Shown here piece after piece: positions 8,690 through 17,747 of a DNA stretch of 34,322 nt (the stretch's first letter is position 1; every line of letters starts with the position of its first letter). Origin of the DNA: a virus (lineage: Duplodnaviria > Heunggongvirae > Uroviricota > Caudoviricetes); the IMG/VR virus record IMGVR_UViG_2675903330_000002; one strand, given 5' to 3'. The position numbers were made by a program, and so were the translations under genes. The notes under the pieces were generated by a model. That model was given only the letters and a program-made list of their open reading frames with translations. It had not been told where the DNA came from and did no database searches.

Positions 8690-8859
8690 TGCGCGCTAAA
8701 CGATGTCGCTGGCTTGCAGTTACCCGGTTGAAATTCTTATTTTTTTGTTGCATTATTCTTAGCGCACCAGCGATTCGCTTGGTATGCGGCAGTCAACAAC
8801 ATTAAATTGTCAGTTTTTGCTTTTACAAAAAAGCGTCCACTATGGACCTATCAGCGAGG

Positions 8860-9000
8860 CCCCACCGTCGTCAACTACGATGGTGCCGTAGCCGACGACA
8901 TTACGTACGGTCGAAAGATAGCAGAGGCTGTTGCTGACAATTGTTGATGTAAGCATCTCTGCTGTTCCACCCTTGAGTATGGGAAGACCGTACGTAACTT
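8860..9000 (+). ncRNA. candidate structured non-coding RNA upstream of the retron-type RT (possible msr/msd-like element)
   Basis: Perfect 12-bp inverted repeat TTACGTACGGTC (8901-8912) and GACCGTACGTAA (8986-8997), the latter 17 nt before the RT start codon. A compound hairpin GTCGTC-A-CTACG-loop-CGTAG-CC-GACGAC lies at 8867-8899, and an inner AGCAGAG/CTCTGCT stem at 8920-8963. Boundaries and strand are not established. Confidence 0.3.
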
Positions 9001-9014
9001 TGAATTTGAATGGT

Positions 9015-10205
9015 ATGTTTATGGATAAATTTAAACCATACAGCAAATCCAATGCTCCTATCACAACACTTGAAAAGTTGTCAAAGGCTTTATCGATTTC
9101 TGTTGAAGAGCTTAAAGCTATTGCAGAATTACCATTAGATGAGAAATATACTCTAAAAGAAATTCCCAAAATTGACGGAAGCAAACGGATTGTCTACTCC
9201 CTGCATCCTAAAATGAGATTATTACAGAGTAGAATTAATAAACGTATCTTTAAGGAATTGGTTGTTTTTCCTTCATTTTTGTTTGGTTCAGTTCCCAGTA
9301 AAAATGATGTTTTAAATTCTAATGTCAAACGTGACTATGTTTCATGTGCAAAGGCTCATTGTGGAGCAAAAACAGTTCTCAAGGTGGATATAAGTAATTT
9401 TTTCGATAATATCCATAGAGATCTGGTTAGGAGCGTGTTTGAGGAGATATTGCATATTAAGGATGAGGCTCTTGAATACTTGGTGGATATATGTACTAAG
9501 GATGATTTTGTCGTACAGGGGGCCTTAACATCAAGCTATATAGCAACTTTGTGTTTATTCGCTGTTGAAGGGGATGTGGTAAGACGTGCGCAGAGGAAAG
9601 GACTTGTTTATACGCGTTTGGTAGATGATATTACCGTGTCATCTAAAATAAGTAATTATGATTTTTCTCAAATGCAAAGCCATATAGAGAGGATGCTTTC
9701 TGAGCATGACTTGCCGATAAATAAGCGCAAAACTAAAATATTTCACTGTTCATCTGAACCTATAAAAGTACATGGTTTAAGAGTTGACTATGACTCACCT
9801 CGACTACCATCCGATGAAGTCAAAAGAATCAGGGCATCTATACATAATTTGAAATTACTGGCGGCAAAAAATAACACAAAAACAAGTGTTGCATACAGAA
9901 AAGAATTCAATAGATGTATGGGGAGAGTGAATAAGCTTGGCCGTGTTGCGCATGAAAAATATGAATCATTCAAGAAACAGTTGCAGGCAATAAAACCGAT
10001 GCCATCTAAAAGAGATGTTGCTGTGATTGATGCAGCTATAAAAAGTTTAGAGTTGTCGTATTCGAAAGGTAATCAAAATAAACATTGGTATAAAAGAAAA
10101 TATGATTTGACGAGATATAAGATGATTATTCTTACTCGCTCTGAATCATTTAAAGAAAAACTGGAGTGTTTTAAATCTAGATTGGCATCTTTAAAACCAT
10201 TATGA
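9015..10205 (+). CDS. retron-type reverse transcriptase (about 396 aa)
   Basis: Motifs align in order with retron RTs such as Ec86 (from memory): SKALSISVEEL (N-terminal), RIVYSLHP (motif 1), AKAHCGA (NAxxH-like), KVDISNFFDNI (motif A), VVQGALTSSYIATL (motif B), YTRLVDDITVS (motif C), INKRKTKI, KVHGLRV (VTG-like, Thr replaced by His), IRASIHNL. Start taken at the first ATG (9015); the track ORF begins at a TTG at 8931. Confidence 0.75.
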   Translation: MFMDKFKPYSKSNAPITTLEKLSKALSISVEELKAIAELPLDEKYTLKEIPKIDGSKRIVYSLHPKMRLLQSRINKRIFKELVVFPSFLFGSVPSKNDVLNSNVKRDYVSCAKAHCGAKTVLKVDISNFFDNIHRDLVRSVFEEILHIKDEALEYLVDICTKDDFVVQGALTSSYIATLCLFAVEGDVVRRAQRKGLVYTRLVDDITVSSKISNYDFSQMQSHIERMLSEHDLPINKRKTKIFHCSSEPIKVHGLRVDYDSPRLPSDEVKRIRASIHNLKLLAAKNNTKTSVAYRKEFNRCMGRVNKLGRVAHEKYESFKKQLQAIKPMPSKRDVAVIDAAIKSLELSYSKGNQNKHWYKRKYDLTRYKMIILTRSESFKEKLECFKSRLASLKPL

Positions 10206-10909
10206 ATGCAAATATTAGACTTCTCAAATATATTGTCGGTGTGTCGTCAGCTCTTTTTTTGATTTTTTCGCTAATTTCTCTTTTTGAAACTATTCAGAAT
10301 GAAAAGCTATATGAGCGTGATATATGCTTCGATAGCCAGTGCTTAAAATTTTTTGCGGAAAAAACATCTGGTATAGTAATGTATTTTCAGGCGTTTGGAT
10401 GGCTTATAACAACTTTTGTTACCGTTTTTGGTGTTATGATTGCTTTGATGACATATAACGCTGGAGTTAAAAATAATAATAATAGTAATTACACTAGTCA
10501 TCTGACGATGTTTAGAGAATTTGCAAGTGCTGAGTTAACTAAAAGAAGTAGCATCTATCCAGAGAAAGTTAATTTTTTTAGATGGTATAGGGTTATGTTC
10601 CCTGAAGCGCAAGGCGGTGATATATCTGTTTCGAGAGATTATCTAGAAATAATATCTAGAATCAAATGTGTTATTGAGGAAGCCAATGCACATATTACAG
10701 AGGAAAATAAAGACTATAAATATAAAACTCATCAGAGAAAAATGATGGCTGTTTTGGATGAAATCGGTATATCGATTAGTAATGGGCCCAAAAATATTTT
10801 TATTGAGGTTGAGAGTCAAATTTTGGATTATATCGATACTATTAATTTGTCATTTTGTCACTCCTCATCAGTGATAGAATTAAGTAGAGTAAAAAGGAAG
10901 TATATATAG
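10202..10909 (+). CDS. two-transmembrane-helix protein, putative retron effector (235 aa)
   Basis: ATGA overlap with the RT stop indicates translational coupling. Two hydrophobic helices (LLKYIVGVSSALFLIFSLISLF and GIVMYFQAFGWLITTFVTVFGVMIALMTY) precede a soluble domain of about 150 aa with no motif I recognise. Confidence 0.65.
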   Translation: MNANIRLLKYIVGVSSALFLIFSLISLFETIQNEKLYERDICFDSQCLKFFAEKTSGIVMYFQAFGWLITTFVTVFGVMIALMTYNAGVKNNNNSNYTSHLTMFREFASAELTKRSSIYPEKVNFFRWYRVMFPEAQGGDISVSRDYLEIISRIKCVIEEANAHITEENKDYKYKTHQRKMMAVLDEIGISISNGPKNIFIEVESQILDYIDTINLSFCHSSSVIELSRVKRKYI

Positions 10910-10911
10910 TT

Positions 10912-10940
10912 AAGTTGGCGGGATTGCATTCCGCCAACTT
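10912..10940. terminator. hairpin terminator between convergent effector gene and Q
   Basis: 10-bp perfect stem AAGTTGGCGG/CCGCCAACTT with a 9-nt loop, followed by TTATATATTTA. Lies in the 42-bp gap between two convergent stop codons. Confidence 0.5.
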
Positions 10941-10951
10941 TATATATTTAC

Positions 10952-11971
10952 TTATAAGTTATAATCAAGGAATTTTATGACTTCCATATCTAACCATTCA
11001 TTTATTGACTTTATTCTCTCCTGTAATGGAATGAGTTCATTGCGGACAAAGACCTTTGCCACTTTTTCAATATCTCCTAGTGACCCGACATTCTCCGGCT
11101 TACCGCCCATCAACTGAAAGGGGATGCGGTGTGCGTCCAGGAGATCTGCGGCGCTGACTTTTTTGATATTAAAAAAATCGTCCTTCGTCGCCACTTCACT
11201 GAGGGGGATAATTTTAATGCCGTCGGCTTTCCCCTGTGGGGCATAGAGAAACAGGTTTTTAAAGTTGTTGCGGCCTTTCGACTTAACCATGTTTTCGCGA
11301 AGCATTTCGATATCGTTGCGATCCTGCACGGCATCGGTGACATACATGATGTATCCGGCATGAGCGCCGTTTTCGTAATACTTGCGGCGGAACAGCGTGG
11401 CCGACTCATTCAGCCAGGCAGAGTTAAGGGCGCTGAGATATTCCGGCAGGCCGTACAGCTCCTGATTGATATCCGGCTCCAGCAGGTGAAACACGGAGCC
11501 GGGCGCGAAGGCTGTCGGCTCGTTGAAGGACGGCACCCACCAGTAAACATCCTCCTCCACGCCACGGCGGGTATATTTTGCCGGTGAGGTTTCCAGTCTG
11601 ATGACCTTACCGGTGGTGCTGTAACGCTTTTCCAGAAACGCATTACCGAACACCAGAAAATCCAGCACAAAGCGGCTGAAATCCTGCTGGGACAGCCACG
11701 GGTGCGGGATAAACGTTGAAGCCAGAATATTGCGTTTAACGTAAATCGGTGAGCTGTGATGCACGGCAGCACGCAGGCTTTTTGCCAGACCGGTAAAGCT
11801 GACCGGTGGCTCATACCATCTGCCGTTACTGATGCACTCGACGTAATCCAGAATATCACGGCGGTCGAGTACCGGCACCGGCTCACCAAAGGTGAATGCC
11901 TCCATTTTCGGGGCGCTGGCAGTCATTGTTTTCACCGCTGGCTGCGGTGTTTTCCCTTTTTTCTTACTCAT
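10952..11971 (-). CDS. Q: portal protein (gpQ-like), 339 aa
   Basis: Position and size as P2 Q. Start overlaps the stop of P (ATGA). Confidence 0.85.
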   Translation of the reverse strand: MSKKKGKTPQPAVKTMTASAPKMEAFTFGEPVPVLDRRDILDYVECISNGRWYEPPVSFTGLAKSLRAAVHHSSPIYVKRNILASTFIPHPWLSQQDFSRFVLDFLVFGNAFLEKRYSTTGKVIRLETSPAKYTRRGVEEDVYWWVPSFNEPTAFAPGSVFHLLEPDINQELYGLPEYLSALNSAWLNESATLFRRKYYENGAHAGYIMYVTDAVQDRNDIEMLRENMVKSKGRNNFKNLFLYAPQGKADGIKIIPLSEVATKDDFFNIKKVSAADLLDAHRIPFQLMGGKPENVGSLGDIEKVAKVFVRNELIPLQERIKSINEWLDMEVIKFLDYNL

Positions 11972-13743
11972 CAGTAAAACTCCAGAATGGTGGATGTCAG
12001 CGGGGTGCTGATACCGGCGGTGAGTGGCTCATTTAACAGGGCGTGCATGGTCGCCCAGGCGAGATCGGCGTGGCTGGCTTCCTCGCTGCGGCTGGCCTCA
12101 TAGGTGGCGCTGCGTCCGCTGCTGGTCATGGTCTTGCGGATAGCCATAAACGAGCTGGTGATGTCGGTGGCGCTGACGTCATATTCCAGACAGCCACGGC
12201 GGATAACGTCTTTTGCCTTGAGCACCATTGCGGTTTTCATTTCCGGCGTGTAGCGGATATCGCGCGCGGCGGGATAGAACGAGCGCACGAGCTGGAACAC
12301 GCCGACACCGAGGCCGGTGGCATCAATCCCGATGTATTCAACGTTATATTTTTCGGTGAGTTTGCGGATGGATTCCGCCTGGGTGGCAAAGTCCATGCCT
12401 TTCCACTGGTGACGCTCAAGTATTCTGAATTTGCCACCGGCCACCACCGGCGGTGCCAGTACCACGCATCCGGCGCTGTCGCCACGGTGTGACGGGTCGT
12501 AACCAATCCATACCGGGCGGGAGCCGAACGGATTTGCGGCAAACGGCGCATAGTCTTCCCATTCTTCCAGCGTGTCGACCATGCAACGTTGCAGCTCCTC
12601 GAACGGGAACACCGACGCCTTGTCGTCAACAAATTCACACATGAACAGGTTTTTAAAATCGTCGGCGCTGTTTTCACGTTTGAGCTGCTCAATGTCGAAC
12701 AGCGTGCAGCCGCCTTTCAGGGCGTCCTCAATGGTGACAATCTGCCGCCACTGGCCGTCCGCACAGAGAAGACCTCCGGCAAGGGCGTTATGACTGACGT
12801 CGATTTCCACGCGTTCGGCGGCGCTGGCGCGTCCCCGGTTGAACAGTTCACCCGACCAGAACGGGTAGGCGTCGTGCGCCAGCGTGGACGGGGTGGAGAA
12901 ATAGGTCGAGCGCAGGTGACTCTGTGAGGCCATACCTGATGCCACCTTACGCAGTACCTGAAAATTCGGGATCCAGAAAATCTCGTCGACGTACAGGTCG
13001 CCGTTATGGCTCTGTGCGGTGTTGGAGTTGGTGCCGAGAAAAATCAGTTTTGCGCCGTTATTGCCCAGGACAATCGGGTCACCGGTCAGGTCAACGTCAA
13101 CCAGCCGGGCAAAGGCGATGATGTATTCGCGGAACACATACGCCTGCGTTTTACTGGCCGACAGAAAAATCTGGTTATGACCGGTTTTCAGGGCGCGCAG
13201 CAGCGCCTCGCGGGAAAAATAAAACGTCGCGCCAATCTGGCGGGATTTCAGGATATCGCGGATGCGGTGCTCAAGCCCGGCGCGATACCAGTGCAACTGA
13301 TATTCGAAAGACTGCTCAAAGAAAATCTGCTCCAGCTTTTCGATGGCCTCGTCACTGAAAAAATTCTTTTTCGGTTTGCGACGCCCGCCTTTGTTGCGGT
13401 TAGCGACGTTCGGATTAAGGTCTGCCTCGTTGCCGGTCTGACTGTAGCGGTTGACCCGTGCCAGTCGTTCAATCTGACGTCCCAGCAGGTCAATTTCCTT
13501 GAAGTCACCGCCGGTTTTCTGCGGTTTGATGATGAGCTGGGTCAGCCGCGCTTCCAGACTCATTTCGACACGGCTGATGGGGGCAACGCTGTCCCAGCCG
13601 TCGCGCTGTTTCCAGCTCTGCACCGTCGGGCGTTTCATCTGCAACATGGCGGCAATCTGCGGCACGGAAAACCCCTGCCAGTACAGCAGCGCCGCCTGAC
13701 GACGCGGGTCGTGTAAAAGAGTGGTGTCTGTGGTGATGGTCAT
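11971..13743 (-). CDS. P: terminase large (ATPase) subunit (gpP-like), about 590 aa
   Basis: Large ORF divergent from O. Start taken at the internal ATG (13743) preceded by GAGGT, which gives the P2-like size; the track ORF extends to 13773. Confidence 0.85.
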   Translation of the reverse strand: MTITTDTTLLHDPRRQAALLYWQGFSVPQIAAMLQMKRPTVQSWKQRDGWDSVAPISRVEMSLEARLTQLIIKPQKTGGDFKEIDLLGRQIERLARVNRYSQTGNEADLNPNVANRNKGGRRKPKKNFFSDEAIEKLEQIFFEQSFEYQLHWYRAGLEHRIRDILKSRQIGATFYFSREALLRALKTGHNQIFLSASKTQAYVFREYIIAFARLVDVDLTGDPIVLGNNGAKLIFLGTNSNTAQSHNGDLYVDEIFWIPNFQVLRKVASGMASQSHLRSTYFSTPSTLAHDAYPFWSGELFNRGRASAAERVEIDVSHNALAGGLLCADGQWRQIVTIEDALKGGCTLFDIEQLKRENSADDFKNLFMCEFVDDKASVFPFEELQRCMVDTLEEWEDYAPFAANPFGSRPVWIGYDPSHRGDSAGCVVLAPPVVAGGKFRILERHQWKGMDFATQAESIRKLTEKYNVEYIGIDATGLGVGVFQLVRSFYPAARDIRYTPEMKTAMVLKAKDVIRRGCLEYDVSATDITSSFMAIRKTMTSSGRSATYEASRSEEASHADLAWATMHALLNEPLTAGISTPLTSTILEFY

Positions 13744-13916
13744 GAATACCTCGCCGTGATGAATACACGGCAAGGCTACTGAGTCGCGCCCCGCGATTCG
13801 CTAAGGTGCTGTTGTGTCAGTGATAAGCCATCCGGGACTGATGGCGGAGGATGCGCATCGTCGGGAAACTGATGCCGACATGTGACTCCTCTAATCACTA
13901 TTCAGGACTCCTGACA

Positions 13917-14771
13917 ATGGCAAAAAAAGTCTCAAAATTCTTTCGTATCGGCGTTGAGGGTGACACCTGTGACGGGCGTGTCATCAGTGCGCAGGATATT
14001 CAGGAAATGGCCGAAACCTTTGACCCGCGAGTCTATGGTTGCCGCATTAACCTGGAACATCTGCGCGGCATCCTGCCTGACGGTATTTTTAAGCGTTACG
14101 GCGATGTGGTCGAACTGAAGGCCGAAAAGATTGATGACGATTCGGCGCTGAAAGGCAAATGGGCGCTGTTTGCGAAAATCACCCCGACCGATGACCTTAT
14201 CGCGATGAACAAGGCCGCGCAGAAGGTCTATACCTCAATGGAAATTCAGCCGAACTTTGCCAACACCGGCAAATGTTATCTGGTGGGGCTGGCCGTCACC
14301 GATGACCCGGCAAGCCTCGGCACGGAATACCTGGAATTCTGCCGCACGGCAAAACACAACCCCCTGAACCGCTTCAAATTAAGCCCTGAAAACCTGATTT
14401 CAGTGGCAACGCCTGTTGAGCTGGAATTTGAAGACCTGCCTGAAACCGTGTTCACCGCCCTGACCGAAAAGGTGAAATCCATTTTTGGCCGCAAACAGGC
14501 CAGCGATGACGCCCGTCTGAATGACGTGCATGAAGCGGTGACCGCTGTTGCTGAACATGTGCAGGAAAAACTGAGCGCCACTGAGCAGCGCCTCGCTGAG
14601 ATGGAAACCGCCTTTTCCGCACTTAAGCAGGATGTGACTGACAGGGCGGATGAAACCAGCCAGGCATTCACCCGCCTGAAAAACAGCCTCGACCACACCG
14701 AAAGTCTGACCCAGCAGCGCCGCAGCAAGGCCACCGGCGGTGGCGGTGACGCCCTGATGACGAACTGCTGA
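13917..14771 (+). CDS. O: capsid scaffolding protein (gpO-like), 284 aa
   Basis: Start at MAKKVSKF (13917). Position and size as P2 O. Confidence 0.8.
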   Translation: MAKKVSKFFRIGVEGDTCDGRVISAQDIQEMAETFDPRVYGCRINLEHLRGILPDGIFKRYGDVVELKAEKIDDDSALKGKWALFAKITPTDDLIAMNKAAQKVYTSMEIQPNFANTGKCYLVGLAVTDDPASLGTEYLEFCRTAKHNPLNRFKLSPENLISVATPVELEFEDLPETVFTALTEKVKSIFGRKQASDDARLNDVHEAVTAVAEHVQEKLSATEQRLAEMETAFSALKQDVTDRADETSQAFTRLKNSLDHTESLTQQRRSKATGGGGDALMTNC

Positions 14772-14829
14772 CCGGCGTCAGTCAGTCCGGGAAAACCTTC
14801 ACGATTAACCCTTAATTTCAGGAAAAACT

Positions 14830-15903
14830 ATGCGCCAGGAAACCCGCTTTAAATTTAATGCCTACCTGTCCCGTGTTGCCGAACTGAACGGCATCGACGC
14901 CGGTGATGTGTCGAAAAAATTCACCGTTGAACCGTCGGTCACCCAGACCCTGATGAACACCATGCAGGAGTCCTCTGATTTTCTGACCCGCATCAACATT
15001 GTGCCGGTCAGCGAAATGAAAGGGGAAAAAATTGGTATTGGTGTCACCGGCTCCATCGCCAGCACCACCGACACCGCCGGTGGCACCGAGCGTCAGCCGA
15101 AGGACTTCTCGAAGCTGGCGTCAAACAAGTACGAATGCGACCAGATTAACTTCGATTTTTATATCCGCTACAAAACGCTTGACCTGTGGGCGCGTTATCA
15201 GGATTTCCAGCTTCGTATCCGTAACGCCATTATCAAACGCCAGTCCCTTGATTTCATCATGGCCGGTTTTAACGGTGTGAAGCGTGCCGAAACCTCTGAC
15301 CGCAGCAGTAATCCGATGTTGCAGGATGTGGCGGTCGGCTGGCTGCAGAAATACCGCAATGAAGCCCCGGCGCGCGTGATGAGCAAGGTCACTGACGAGG
15401 AAGGCCGCACCACCTCTGAGGTCATCCGCGTGGGTAAGGGCGGTGATTATGTAAGCCTCGATGCACTGGTGATGGATGCGACCAACAACCTGATTGAGCC
15501 GTGGTATCAGGAAGACCCTGACCTTGTGGTGATTGTGGGGCGTCAGCTACTGGCGGACAAGTATTTCCCCATCGTCAACAAGGAGCAGGACAACAGCGAA
15601 ATGCTGGCCGCTGACGTCATCATCAGCCAGAAACGCATCGGCAACCTGCCAGCGGTACGCGTCCCGTACTTCCCGGCGGATGCGATGCTCATCACGAAGC
15701 TGGAAAACCTGTCCATCTACTACATGGATGACAGCCATCGCCGCGTGATTGAGGAAAACCCGAAACTCGACCGCGTGGAGAACTACGAGTCAATGAACAT
15801 TGATTACGTGGTGGAGGACTACGCCGCCGGTTGTCTGGTGGAAAAAATTAAGGTCGGTGATTTCTCCACACCGGCTAAGGCGACCGCAGAGCCGGGAGCG
15901 TAA
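14830..15903 (+). CDS. N: major capsid protein (gpN-like), 357 aa
   Basis: Synteny and size match P2 N. Confidence 0.85.
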   Translation: MRQETRFKFNAYLSRVAELNGIDAGDVSKKFTVEPSVTQTLMNTMQESSDFLTRINIVPVSEMKGEKIGIGVTGSIASTTDTAGGTERQPKDFSKLASNKYECDQINFDFYIRYKTLDLWARYQDFQLRIRNAIIKRQSLDFIMAGFNGVKRAETSDRSSNPMLQDVAVGWLQKYRNEAPARVMSKVTDEEGRTTSEVIRVGKGGDYVSLDALVMDATNNLIEPWYQEDPDLVVIVGRQLLADKYFPIVNKEQDNSEMLAADVIISQKRIGNLPAVRVPYFPADAMLITKLENLSIYYMDDSHRRVIEENPKLDRVENYESMNIDYVVEDYAAGCLVEKIKVGDFSTPAKATAEPGA

Positions 15904-15906
15904 CCG

Positions 15907-16650
15907 ATGACGAGTCCCGCACAGCGCCACATGATGCGGGTCTCGGCAGCGATGACCGCGCAGCGGGAAGCCGCCCCGCTGCGACATGCAACTGTCTATG
16001 AGCAGATGCTGGTCAAGCTGGCCGCAGACCAGCGCACACTGAAAGCGATTTATTCAAAAGAGCTGAAGGCCGCGAAAAAACGCGAACTGCTGCCGTTCTG
16101 GTTGCCGTGGGTGAACGGCGTGCTGGAGCAGGGCAAAGGTGCACAGGATGACATTCTGATGACGGTCATGCTGTGGCGTCTGGATACCGGCGATATTGCC
16201 GGTGCGCTGGAGATTGCCCGTTATGCCCTGAAGTACGGGCTGACCATGCCGGGTAAACACCGCCGCACCCCGCCGTACATGTTCACCGAGGAGGTGGCGC
16301 TTGCGGCCATGCGCGCTCACGCTGCCGGTGAATCCGTGGATATCCGACTGCTGACGGACACCCTTGAACTGACCGCTGCTGCTGACATGCCTGATGAAGT
16401 GCGCGCAAAGCTGCACAAAATCACCGGTCTGTTTCTGCGTGACGGTGGTGATGCCGCCGGTGCGCTGGCGCACCTGCAACGTGCGACACAGCTCGACTGT
16501 CAGGCAGGCGTCAAAAAAGAGATTGAACGACTGGAGCGGGAACTGAAACCGAAGCCGGAGCCGCAGCCAAAAGCGGCCACCCGCGCCCCGCGTAAGAGCC
16601 GGAGTGCGACACCGGCAAAACGTGGGCGCCCGAAAAAGAAAGCCAGTTAA
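15907..16650 (+). CDS. M: terminase small/endonuclease subunit (gpM-like), 247 aa
   Basis: Synteny and size. Basic Lys/Arg-rich C-terminus. Confidence 0.8.
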   Translation: MTSPAQRHMMRVSAAMTAQREAAPLRHATVYEQMLVKLAADQRTLKAIYSKELKAAKKRELLPFWLPWVNGVLEQGKGAQDDILMTVMLWRLDTGDIAGALEIARYALKYGLTMPGKHRRTPPYMFTEEVALAAMRAHAAGESVDIRLLTDTLELTAAADMPDEVRAKLHKITGLFLRDGGDAAGALAHLQRATQLDCQAGVKKEIERLERELKPKPEPQPKAATRAPRKSRSATPAKRGRPKKKAS

Positions 16651-16749
16651 CAACCGAATGCGCCCCGCGCCAGGGCGGCACGCCGGTCAGTGAGGGTGAA
16701 TCACCTGACACTGCACCGGCGTCCACCGCCCGACTTTTCAGAGGTAGTC

Positions 16750-17259
16750 ATGATGACGCTGATTATTCCGCGAAAGGAGGCTCCCGTGTCCGGTGAGGGT
16801 ACGGTGGTCATCCCGCAACCGGCAGGCGACGAGCCGGTGATTAAAAACACGTTCTTTTTTCCCGATATCGACCCGAAGCGCGTCCGGGAACGTATGCGCC
16901 TTGAGCAGACCGTCGCCCCCGCCCGTCTGCGTGAGGCCATCAAGTCAGGCATGGCTGAAACGAATGCGGAGCTGTACGAGTACCGCGAACAGAAAATTGC
17001 CGCCGGTTTTACGCGTCTGGCTGACGTCCCGGCGGACGACATCGACGGTGAAAGCATCAAAGTTTTTTACTACGAGCGCGCCGTGTGTGCGATGGCGACC
17101 GCATCGCTTTATGAGCGTTATCGCGGCGTGGATGCCAGTGCGAAAGGCGACAAGAAGGCCGACAGCATTGACAGCACCATTGATGAACTGTGGCGGGATA
17201 TGCGCTGGGCAGTGGCGCGCATCCAGGACAAGCCGCGCTGCATCGTGAGTCAAATCTGA
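16750..17259 (+). CDS. L: head completion/stabilisation protein (gpL-like), 169 aa
   Basis: Start at the ATG preceded by GAGGT (16750). Synteny. Confidence 0.8.
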   Translation: MMTLIIPRKEAPVSGEGTVVIPQPAGDEPVIKNTFFFPDIDPKRVRERMRLEQTVAPARLREAIKSGMAETNAELYEYREQKIAAGFTRLADVPADDIDGESIKVFYYERAVCAMATASLYERYRGVDASAKGDKKADSIDSTIDELWRDMRWAVARIQDKPRCIVSQI

Positions 17260-17462
17260 TGAAGACCTTTGCGCTACAGGGCGACACGCTCGATGCCATT
17301 TGTGTCCGGTATTACGGGCGCACTGAGGGCGTGGTTGAGACCGTGCTCGCCGCAAATCCGGGACTGGCTGAACTGGGGGCGGTGCTGCCGCACGGCATCG
17401 CCGTCGAACTGCCCGACGTTCAGACCGCGCCCGTGGCTGAAACTGTCAATCTGTGGGAGTAA
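17259..17462 (+). CDS. X: tail protein X-like, 67 aa
   Basis: ATGA overlap with the L stop. Size as P2 X. Confidence 0.7.
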   Translation: MKTFALQGDTLDAICVRYYGRTEGVVETVLAANPGLAELGAVLPHGIAVELPDVQTAPVAETVNLWE

Positions 17463-17465
17463 CGC

Positions 17466-17747
17466 ATGACAGCAGAAGAAAAAAGCGTCCTGTCGCTTTT
17501 CATGATTGGGGTGCTGATTGTTGTCGGCAAGGTGCTTGCCGGTGGTGAACCCATCACCCCGCGTCTGTTTATCGGGCGCATGTTGCTCGGTGGTTTTGTC
17601 TCGATGGTTGCCGGTGTTGTTCTGGTGCAGTTTCCTGACCTGTCACTGCCTGCGGTGTGCGGTATCGGCTCCATGCTGGGTATCGCCGGTTATCAGGTGA
17701 TTGAGATTGCCATTCAGCGCCGCTTTAAGGGCAGGGGGAAACAGTAA
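17466..17747 (+). CDS. Y: holin (gpY-like), 93 aa
   Basis: Small protein with hydrophobic helices (VLSLFMIGVLIVVGKVLAGG..., LLGGFVSMVAGVVLVQF) and a charged C-terminus, immediately upstream of the endolysin. Confidence 0.8.
   Translation: MTAEEKSVLSLFMIGVLIVVGKVLAGGEPITPRLFIGRMLLGGFVSMVAGVVLVQFPDLSLPAVCGIGSMLGIAGYQVIEIAIQRRFKGRGKQ

Noticed and set aside
8931-9014. Extended start of the retron-type RT at 8931
   Set aside because: The codon at 8931 is a TTG lying inside the inverted-repeat structured region. The first ATG (9015) gives an N-terminus that aligns with retron RTs. An ATG at 8979 remains a possible alternative.
8840-9184. 114-aa minus-strand ORF overlapping the retron-type RT start
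   Set aside because: Antisense to a well-supported RT gene and to the structured upstream region, with no start context. Treated as a shadow ORF.
12043-13716. Multiple plus-strand ORFs (up to 236 aa) inside the terminase gene P
   Set aside because: They lie antisense within a well-supported large gene in GC-rich sequence, with Arg/Gly/Ala-rich low-complexity translations. Typical shadow ORFs.
13774-13916. Search for Ogr-dependent late promoter dyads (TGT-N12-ACA) in the P/O divergent region and upstream of V and FI
   Set aside because: I could not find a convincing match by eye (only TGT-N10-ACA-like approximations), and I am not sure of the consensus. No promoter annotated.
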